Of a stretch of DNA of 64,000 bases, positions 1 to 6,539 are shown piece after piece. The notes under the pieces are model-generated. The model was given only the letters and a program-made list of their open reading frames with translations. It was not told the origin of the DNA and searched no databases. The stretch is taken from positions 62,001 to 126,000 of IMG/VR virus record IMGVR_UViG_3300027770_000026; one strand, written 5' to 3'. The translations under genes were made by a program, and so were the position numbers. How positions within the stretch are numbered: position 1 is the stretch's first letter; every line of letters starts with the position of its first letter.

Positions 1-288
1 CTCCAAATCTACTGCTTCATACAGCATGTTGTGTATAGTCAAGTATCCCGAGTACTGTGCCGGTGCATAAGAATCTGTACCAAACTCAAACACATCGTAT
101 AGTACTCCGCGGTAGCTTTGACGTTCCTTGATCTCGCCTCGGTATATACGTCTAACTACAGCACAGAATAGCATAAGCTGCTGGTCTTTGTCAAGTGCAT
201 TCCACGCTGCTTCGCTGTCTGCATCAAACTGCTTTGCAGCCTCACGCATGGCTTCACCTGCTGCAGCTAGTTCCTGCAGTAGATCCAT
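1..288 (-). CDS. hypothetical phage protein (runs off window start)
   Basis: Open frame from ATG at 288 (MDLLQELAAAGEAMREAAKQF...) to the window edge; not in ORF track because it has no stop in the window. Confidence 0.7.
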   Translation of the reverse strand, partial: MDLLQELAAAGEAMREAAKQFDADSEAAWNALDKDQQLMLFCAVVRRIYRGEIKERQSYRGVLYDVFEFGTDSYAPAQYSGYLTIHNMLYEAVDLE

Positions 289-295
289 ATTTGTT

Positions 296-610
296 TTATC
301 TGCTGTACTGACCATATATGTATGTTAACACTTCTTCAGGATAAGTTGCAAGTACTTCTCGGGGGGTGCGACTATCAAATGCCAAATTAGGTGACGCCAA
401 CCATTCCTCCACCAACTCGTCGCTGCCTAATATTGGTAGTAGCAACTGGTTAATTTCATTACGAATATGGTTATACCTTAACCAATCACTACACCATCGC
501 ATGTGGTCGTCTCGCTGTATACGAACTTTGTCGTTAGACAGCTCCACATAATCACGAGCGATGGTGTAGATTAGGTCTTCTGCACTAAGTCGATTAGTGT
601 ACTGGCTCAC
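296..610 (-). CDS. protein with C-terminal Xre/MbcA/ParS antitoxin-like domain
   Basis: WLASPNLAFDSRTPREVL matches the W..pn.af.g.tP.e.l signature; start re-set to GTG at 610. Confidence 0.55.
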   Translation of the reverse strand: MSQYTNRLSAEDLIYTIARDYVELSNDKVRIQRDDHMRWCSDWLRYNHIRNEINQLLLPILGSDELVEEWLASPNLAFDSRTPREVLATYPEEVLTYIYGQYSR

Positions 611-905
611 TTGGTGTCTCGGTTGCAACTGATGGAACAGTTTCAGCGGGTGCCACTGGCTCTTCTGGATCAGGTTCAGGTGCAAACACTGCCGGTTCAG
701 ACTCGGACGGTGATGTGCAAGTAGTCCATGCAAACTCTCCGGTCAGATCATCAAACCGTGCGCCGCAATTTTGTGTAGCAGCTTTCTGCAGCTTTGCAGT
801 GGCAATATTACTACCAACTACAGCACCAGTACCAAACACAACAATTGCTGCACCAATTACGATACACAGTAGTGTTAACTTTTCAAATCCTGTACGCTCT
901 GACAT
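594..905 (-). CDS. membrane-anchored hypothetical protein with acidic Pro/Glu tail
   Basis: N-terminal hydrophobic helix; GGAG SD upstream. Confidence 0.75.
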   Translation of the reverse strand: MSERTGFEKLTLLCIVIGAAIVVFGTGAVVGSNIATAKLQKAATQNCGARFDDLTGEFAWTTCTSPSESEPAVFAPEPDPEEPVAPAETVPSVATETPSEPVH

Positions 906-920
906 TATGGTCTCCTTATA

Positions 921-1103
921 TTACCATTCTGAATTTTCAAGTCTAAACTTGCTCTTGGGAGCAGCACGGTTTAGTACCTGGATTAGTTCTGCACCAAGCA
1001 GTTCAAAGTTTGGTGCTTCAAATATGGGATGCTCGCTATCGTTATCGATTACAATAATAGGATGCGTTTCGTCGTCTTGATAGATTAAAATTGATTTAAT
1101 CAT
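921..1103 (-). CDS. hypothetical protein
   Basis: ORF track; ATGA overlap with upstream small ORF; GAGG upstream. Confidence 0.6.
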   Translation of the reverse strand: MIKSILIYQDDETHPIIVIDNDSEHPIFEAPNFELLGAELIQVLNRAAPKSKFRLENSEW

Positions 1104-1225
1104 AGTTGTTGTTCCTCATCATACGGCAACCAGTTCTTAGATTGTATCTGCTTAAGTGTATGTAGTACTACTGCAAACACCAAACCAATAAAAAATCCAC
1201 CTAAAAATACCAATGTATCATGCAT
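1100..1225 (-). CDS. small membrane protein (41 aa)
   Basis: MHDTLVFLGGFFIGLVFAVVLHTLKQ..., fills the gap and overlaps the next start (ATGA). Confidence 0.55.
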   Translation of the reverse strand: MHDTLVFLGGFFIGLVFAVVLHTLKQIQSKNWLPYDEEQQL

Positions 1226-1235
1226 ATTTTATACT

Positions 1236-1457
1236 TTATGATTCGTCAACAGTAGTTAGTACGTTATGTACATCTGCAATATACCGCCAGGGATCAAAGC
1301 GATGACTGCGGCAACGATGTACAGTATCTAACCATGCCCAATAGCCATCTTCGGACAATACAGGAAACCATGCGTATGCTGTATGCCACTTACGCTGGGC
1401 TTGCATCTTCTCGTCTTTTGCTAAACGTTGAAGATTGGCTCGTTTAGTTGCGGTCAT
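1236..1457 (-). CDS. hypothetical phage protein
   Basis: WHTAYAWFPV...WAWL motif typical of small phage proteins; start re-set to MTATK. Confidence 0.6.
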   Translation of the reverse strand: MTATKRANLQRLAKDEKMQAQRKWHTAYAWFPVLSEDGYWAWLDTVHRCRSHRFDPWRYIADVHNVLTTVDES

Positions 1458-1656
1458 TTTTGAGCTGTTCCTCAACAGCAACCGTCGCTAGCATGGCAGG
1501 AGTCCCCATCATAATAATTATAAGTAGCACACCGCTAACACCCGATACTGAATATGCCCAGACGCTCCATACGACAAACCATGCAGCGAGAGAGATTACG
1601 GCAAACTTACGGCGAAACATTCGATTGCTCCTTAATAATCTGTATATCTTTAACAC
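1444..1656 (-). CDS. small membrane protein
   Basis: Two hydrophobic segments; start uncertain. Confidence 0.5.
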   Translation of the reverse strand: MLKIYRLLRSNRMFRRKFAVISLAAWFVVWSVWAYSVSGVSGVLLIIIMMGTPAMLATVAVEEQLKNDRN

Positions 1657-1873
1657 ACATAAGGTAGTTATCGTTGACTACCCTAACCAACACACCACCT
1701 TGTTGTTGGCATTTATTCATATAGGCTTTTTGCTCTTTTTTGAAGGCGTCATGCATTAGCCTAAAACCAAATACGCCAAAACCTACGATGATTAGGAATG
1801 GTAGTGTCTTTTTGAATACATCCCACGCCTTGCCTAATCGCAGTGCTGTGGTTTCTGTTACGGGAATACGCAT
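1607..1873 (-). CDS. membrane-anchored protein with Cys pair
   Basis: TM helix followed by C..GG.....C. Confidence 0.6.
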   Translation of the reverse strand: MRIPVTETTALRLGKAWDVFKKTLPFLIIVGFGVFGFRLMHDAFKKEQKAYMNKCQQQGGVLVRVVNDNYLMCVKDIQIIKEQSNVSP

Positions 1874-1979
1874 ATTTTCTCTACTTAGTTGTGCTAGAAC
1901 CGTGTACTAGTATTTTAGCAGGGTGTGCGGGGTAATGCAAGAGCATGTCCAAAATATAAAATTTTGGATAAATATTGGC

Positions 1980-2291
1980 ATGAAGTCCACCACCCTAAAA
2001 GTTGCCCTAGCAGTTATTACCACTGTGGGTTCAATTGCTGTTGCAGCATTGACCTTGTTTGGTGGTGGGGACGAAAAAGCTGAACCTGCATCTAATACAC
2101 CGTCTATTGTATTGAGTCCTTCAATGAACCAATCTAGCGTTAATAGCAATACTAATACTGCAACAAATCAAAGTTCAAAGCCCGAACGTCCACCAGTTGT
2201 AAACAATTATATTATCCAACCTGCAGAAGAAAGCCCCGATGAAGAATACGAAGAAATCGTAGACGACACCGAGGCTACAGTAGAACCTTAG
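1980..2291 (+). CDS. membrane-anchored low-complexity protein, late-promoter driven
   Basis: TAAATA at 1969-1974, 5 nt before ATG 1980; N-terminal signal/TM, Asn/Thr-rich middle, acidic tail. Confidence 0.65.
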   Translation: MKSTTLKVALAVITTVGSIAVAALTLFGGGDEKAEPASNTPSIVLSPSMNQSSVNSNTNTATNQSSKPERPPVVNNYIIQPAEESPDEEYEEIVDDTEATVEP

Positions 2292-2293
2292 TT

Positions 2294-3298
2294 TTACTTT
2301 TCAAGCCTAGTAACAATTGTAGGCTGCTTAGGACACTTGTTCTTATACTTGATCTTGGTAATCACTTTAGGTGGTGGTGTAGGATGGAATACCACTTCTC
2401 GAACTACTTCCCTGATAATCTGCTGCGGAGGCGGCGCAAGCGGTGCCACAGTTACTGCCGCAGTGGGGGGAGCCGATGGAATTGGTACGTCTTTGGTGAT
2501 AATTGGAGGCGGTTCACGGCATTCAACCCCAGCAGCAGCCATTGCCTTATCAATCTTTGGATCCTGTCGAGCATAGAAACAAGCTGCACTCGGTAGTCCC
2601 ATTGTTAGCAGCAACTTGGTGTTCTTGATCATAACACAGTTTTCATCAACCACAGTCTTGCCACCGCTTACGCCTAGGATCTGTGTCTGCACTCCGCCTG
2701 TTACCGAACCCAAGCAGGTGTCTGCACCTGCAGTTAGATTGCTGCCAACAGCACTGTTAACTGGGTTCAGTCGTTCACGATAAACATCGCTAAATGACTG
2801 ATTCACCGTAGTAGAGTTACCGCTACCATTACCACTTGCAGTAGCGTTGCCACCTTGTGCAGTTGCTACCGAATAACCGCCATTGGCTACCTGATGCTGT
2901 TCCTGTCCCTGTAGTTGATCCTGAACCTGTGTTTGGTTCTGATCTAGTGCATTAACATTGTCGTTACGGTTGTTGTTAGCATTACTGCTAGTGCTAGTGT
3001 TAGTGTTGCTGCTGTTGACTGTGTTGTTATTACGATTAGCAACATGGTTAACATTGGACAATGTATTGGTGTTATCAATAGCGTTGTTATTAGTATTAGC
3101 ACCATTTAAACTATTATTGTTGGTGTTATTACCAGTGAGTGAATTGGTATTGTTACCAACCAGGCTGTTGGTATTAGTACCAGTAACAGTTCCTGACGTT
3201 CCCACAAGAGGACTACCGCCTTCGTTATCATTGCTGGCCATTGCCACACTAGTACACAATACAGCAGCAATAGCTGCTGATAGAATAAACTTCTTCAT
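2294..3298 (-). CDS. secreted Asn/Thr/Gln-rich repeat protein
   Basis: Sec signal (MKKFILSAAIAAVLCTSVAMA), NTNxLxG repeats, Cys-containing C-terminal domain; AAGGAG SD. Confidence 0.8.
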   Translation of the reverse strand: MKKFILSAAIAAVLCTSVAMASNDNEGGSPLVGTSGTVTGTNTNSLVGNNTNSLTGNNTNNNSLNGANTNNNAIDNTNTLSNVNHVANRNNNTVNSSNTNTSTSSNANNNRNDNVNALDQNQTQVQDQLQGQEQHQVANGGYSVATAQGGNATASGNGSGNSTTVNQSFSDVYRERLNPVNSAVGSNLTAGADTCLGSVTGGVQTQILGVSGGKTVVDENCVMIKNTKLLLTMGLPSAACFYARQDPKIDKAMAAAGVECREPPPIITKDVPIPSAPPTAAVTVAPLAPPPQQIIREVVREVVFHPTPPPKVITKIKYKNKCPKQPTIVTRLEK

Positions 3299-3326
3299 TA
3301 AAACTCCTTTAACAGTTATAGGTCGT

Positions 3327-3355
3327 AGTATACGCAGTCATCAACATGGTGTCAA
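3327..3355 (-). promoter_or_regulatory. sigma70-type promoter
   Basis: TTGACA-17nt-TATACT. Confidence 0.75.
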
Positions 3356-3778
3356 CTATTCGCACCAAGACTTCTTAGCATCACCAAAATATTCTCGAGC
3401 ATGCCCATTTGCGATCAACAATGCGCGAAGACTCTTGCCATCCAATTCAGCATCACCTAAAATACGACCACCAAACTTGTCCCATTCCTTGATAGTGATT
3501 TGAACCTTCTTTGCATCCTTTAATTGCGCTTTAGCAAATGCTGTAGCAGCTTCACCACGAGCAGCTTCACTTGGGCACTTAGCACGACCACCCTTCTCGG
3601 GAGTATCAACACCATAGATACGTATGCGAATAGTCTTACCTAGTTCGCTTGGTAACCAAACTGCTTCAACTTCTAGTGTATCGCCATCAACGGCTCGAAC
3701 TACCTTCCAATCGTAGGGATTGGCATTTGCTGCAAAACTTAGCATAGCAGCGACTGTAAACATGATTAATTTCTTCAT
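3356..3778 (-). CDS. thermonuclease (SNase-like) with signal peptide
   Basis: VVRAVDGDT, IRIYGVDTPE, DKFGGRIL motifs; N-terminal signal peptide. Confidence 0.9.
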   Translation of the reverse strand: MKKLIMFTVAAMLSFAANANPYDWKVVRAVDGDTLEVEAVWLPSELGKTIRIRIYGVDTPEKGGRAKCPSEAARGEAATAFAKAQLKDAKKVQITIKEWDKFGGRILGDAELDGKSLRALLIANGHAREYFGDAKKSWCE

Positions 3779-3797
3779 AACAACTCCTTATTGTGAA

Positions 3798-4619
3798 CTA
3801 TTTAAGTTCAAATACCAGGTTGCTATTAAATTCTGAATTCAGGTAATGACCATGGTAGCCACGTGGATTGCACACTACTCTACAGCCTTCTACCATGTAG
3901 TCCATGCTGTCGTGCATGTGACCATGGAACCAATACTTGATATGCGGTGCCGAGATCATAATGTTTTCCAAGTCGCTAGCATATGCGTCGTTCAACAAGC
4001 TACCCTTGTAGATTTCATGTACGCTATTGTAGCTAGGTGCATGGTGGCTCATCACAATGAGCTTACGCATGTCTAGTGCAAGATCTTCTACGCACTTGCT
4101 TAGTTCGTGCATAAACTGTTCATGATCCGCTAGCGCATCGTTGGGGTAAAACTGCGGACGATAAGCACGATAGCCACTGGATTCTGCTGACTTGCGAATG
4201 TGCTCGTGATCCGTCATACCACACTGCGCTGCATTCATGCTCATAGGATTGGCATTGCGATAGTTAGTCCACATGGTACCACCAAAGATGGTCCAATCAT
4301 CTACAGTGACTGCTTGCTTTTCTAATAGCGTTACATTGGTACCCGCAAGGTACTCACAAAGTATAGCGGCATTGTTATCAAACACACCACCGTAGTGTTC
4401 ATGGTTACCCATGATATAGTACACAGTATTGTACTTGCTGCATTCGTTGTGAAAGAACATATCGCAGGTTTCGCGATGCCGTATTGCGTCTCGATCGGTA
4501 CGTTCGGCGCGAAAACAATCGGCTACGCAGATATCGCCGGCTAGCAGTAGTACATCGCCTCCAGGCAGTGTCATATCTCCAAACTCCAAGTGGAGGTCAC
4601 TCATTAGCTGTAGTTTCAT
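3798..4619 (-). CDS. calcineurin-like metallophosphoesterase
   Basis: SDLH, AGD, GNHE, SHHAP, HGHMH, NPRGY motifs. Confidence 0.92.
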   Translation of the reverse strand: MKLQLMSDLHLEFGDMTLPGGDVLLLAGDICVADCFRAERTDRDAIRHRETCDMFFHNECSKYNTVYYIMGNHEHYGGVFDNNAAILCEYLAGTNVTLLEKQAVTVDDWTIFGGTMWTNYRNANPMSMNAAQCGMTDHEHIRKSAESSGYRAYRPQFYPNDALADHEQFMHELSKCVEDLALDMRKLIVMSHHAPSYNSVHEIYKGSLLNDAYASDLENIMISAPHIKYWFHGHMHDSMDYMVEGCRVVCNPRGYHGHYLNSEFNSNLVFELK

Positions 4620-4810
4620 GTGCGTAGTTTCTCAAACAACTTCTTGGTATTAGTATACAGGAAATTTACAATGGCGCCGACAGTTCCAATAACAATTATA
4701 ACCAAAGCAAATCCAAAAGCAACAGCTAATCCCGCAAGTTCTGGTTTCATTCTACGTTTCAACTTCGTCTTCGTATACGGCATTGGGTGTGATCTTCTTG
4801 GTGCTGGCAC
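4616..4810 (-). CDS. small membrane protein
   Basis: Single TM helix; start uncertain. Confidence 0.5.
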   Translation of the reverse strand: MPAPRRSHPMPYTKTKLKRRMKPELAGLAVAFGFALVIIVIGTVGAIVNFLYTNTKKLFEKLRT

Positions 4811-5006
4811 GTTTCTTTTTTAACTTGGCCAGTTCGTCTGCTTGCTTCATATCAGTAATAACCTGCAAGTTCAAATAGACGTCACCCAAGGCCATGGTCC
4901 AACGACCATGTTTGGTATCCACATACCACCCCAGGCTTTCCCGAACTTCTATTTTAAGATCCGCAAACTTGGCTTTGAGATCGTGTAGACAGTTAACGCC
5001 CTTCAT
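4752..5006 (-). CDS. hypothetical protein
   Basis: ORF track; overlaps neighbours in operon-like packing. Confidence 0.6.
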   Translation of the reverse strand: MKGVNCLHDLKAKFADLKIEVRESLGWYVDTKHGRWTMALGDVYLNLQVITDMKQADELAKLKKKRASTKKITPNAVYEDEVET

Positions 5007-5194
5007 GCAAGGATGGCGGTATCCCCACCGTAAGCCACTGTTCGGGCAACGTTATTGTTGATTTCTAATAACTTGAACTTGTGTTCCTTTTGAAACGCAG
5101 TCCAACTATTGAGGATTAGCTCGCGACTTCCGCTCTTGATCAAAACTTGATTTCGATCACCATCAACAATTGCAAAGTATCGCACAGTGTCCAT
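5003..5194 (-). CDS. hypothetical protein
   Basis: ORF track; ATGA overlap with the next gene. Confidence 0.5.
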   Translation of the reverse strand: MDTVRYFAIVDGDRNQVLIKSGSRELILNSWTAFQKEHKFKLLEINNNVARTVAYGGDTAILA

Positions 5195-5228
5195 CCTTAG
5201 TTGCCCTTTAAAAGAAATAGCAGGTTAT

Positions 5229-5474
5229 TTATGTCTTGAGGTAACGATCCTTGTTCATATACCAACGCAAGAGTTTCTCGCGGCAAAGATCTGGCACATT
5301 AACATAGGGCTGCTCAAGTAGGAAGGGACAGGGAGAGCCCCAACCTCTATTGTCCATAAATTCCGCAAAGCGGCGGCGGTGATCTACCTTAGAGGGATCA
5401 AACTCTACTTGCCAAATTGCATGACGACCAGTGACACGGGGATTGGACTTTTCCATAAACTTCACAGCGGACAT
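5229..5474 (-). CDS. hypothetical phage protein
   Basis: GGAG SD; FDP...HR..F...W..CPF.LE.PY pattern; downstream of a promoter. Confidence 0.75.
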   Translation of the reverse strand: MSAVKFMEKSNPRVTGRHAIWQVEFDPSKVDHRRRFAEFMDNRGWGSPCPFLLEQPYVNVPDLCREKLLRWYMNKDRYLKT

Positions 5475-5503
5475 TGCTGTCTCCAGTAATTTAACTCAAA
5501 GAT

Positions 5504-5532
5504 ATTGTAACACGGCTGTAACACTGTGTCAA
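5504..5532 (-). promoter_or_regulatory. sigma70-type promoter with internal GTGTTACA direct repeat
   Basis: TTGACA-17nt-TACAAT. Confidence 0.75.
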
Positions 5533-5756
5533 TGGATTTTCCCCATAATTTTAGCTGCTGCTACTTCAGCTTCTAGCTCTGCATGTTTGGGCAAAGTTAA
5601 CCAAATATCAAACTCTTCGGGTGGGATTTCTTCCTCTTCATAGCCCAAAAGCATCATAAGATCGGAACTGCGAAGCTCATCCACTCCCTGCTGTTTGAAT
5701 TGGTACATGATGGAAAGGATTTGGTCACGCAGTGGCTGATCGTCATCATCGTTCAT
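5529..5756 (-). CDS. acidic hypothetical protein
   Basis: ORF track; GGAG SD; ATGA overlap. Confidence 0.65.
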   Translation of the reverse strand: MNDDDDQPLRDQILSIMYQFKQQGVDELRSSDLMMLLGYEEEEIPPEEFDIWLTLPKHAELEAEVAAAKIMGKIH

Positions 5757-6121
5757 TTGGTTGCTCCAATTTTAAAAGTTTTACCAGTTGGTGCGGCTAT
5801 TCGTTGGAGCTCAATGAATTTTTCTAGATCTAAGGTTGCAAGGTCCTGCCACGTTTCTGCATACCTGCATGTCACCCGAAACAGTGTAGCAGTGTCGCTG
5901 GCTGCGGGCATTAGGTTATCAAAACGGTCCGTGCCGTAGTACCTCAACCTAATAGGAAAGATTTGAGCAATATTCCAGGCCATAGCTTTGTTCTCGGGTG
6001 TGTACTGAACCAGAATACTCTGTTTTGCGTTTACATGCATGTAGCACCAATCCTGCTGCTCAGGATTGAGTATGAGAAAACGTAGTGTAGTGTCGTGTAT
6101 GCTGCCTTTTACAAGGGTCAT
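5753..6121 (-). CDS. hypothetical protein
   Basis: ORF track; AAGGA SD. Confidence 0.65.
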   Translation of the reverse strand: MTLVKGSIHDTTLRFLILNPEQQDWCYMHVNAKQSILVQYTPENKAMAWNIAQIFPIRLRYYGTDRFDNLMPAASDTATLFRVTCRYAETWQDLATLDLEKFIELQRIAAPTGKTFKIGATK

Positions 6122-6170
6122 GGTACTGTCCTTATCTTAACGCCTGCTTCATTGTTTATCCTATAGATAT

Positions 6171-6208
6171 GAGGGTTTTTCTGTTGCAGGGAAAACTCAC
6201 AAACCCCG
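6171..6208 (-). repeat. 38-nt copy of the tmRNA coding-piece 3' element (hairpin)
   Basis: 35/38 identical to 8682-8719. Confidence 0.9.
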
Positions 6209-6214
6209 TAATGC

Positions 6215-6451
6215 TTAGATCTTACCGTTAGAGATGAACTCGTTGAGGCGCGAAGCCTTAACAATTACATCTTCTTCAGTAAAGTACTGGGGGAACTCTG
6301 GGGTATCGGGCAATGCCTTTTGATTGTGCATTGCTGATTGAACCTGATTGTTCCAGTCTGTCTCAACAAATCCACGCTTGCTGTGGTATTCGTCGTTGAG
6401 CATGTCCTTTGCGAGCCGTACTAGCTCTAGTCTAATTTCAAATGGTGTCAT
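6215..6451 (-). CDS. conserved small myophage protein (PFEIRLEL family)
   Basis: MTPFEIRLELVRLAKDML...; AAGGAG SD preceded by a CA-rich tract and a GCAGGA/TCCTGC hairpin. Confidence 0.85.
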   Translation of the reverse strand: MTPFEIRLELVRLAKDMLNDEYHSKRGFVETDWNNQVQSAMHNQKALPDTPEFPQYFTEEDVIVKASRLNEFISNGKI

Positions 6452-6539
6452 CTTCGTCTCCTTGTGTGTATGTGTGTACGCAGGATCGTTCCTGCAATTG
6501 TATATAGCAGATAGTTGTACTATTCATATAAATATTGGT

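Noticed and set aside
2958-3503. 181-aa Leu/Val-rich plus-strand ORF resembling a membrane protein
   Set aside because: Antisense shadow of the Asn/Thr repeats in 2294-3298; it also overlaps the nuclease gene
6348-6539. N-terminal 64 aa of the 777-aa ORF
   Set aside because: Antisense to the 6215-6451 gene; TATAAATA and the tag place the start at 6540
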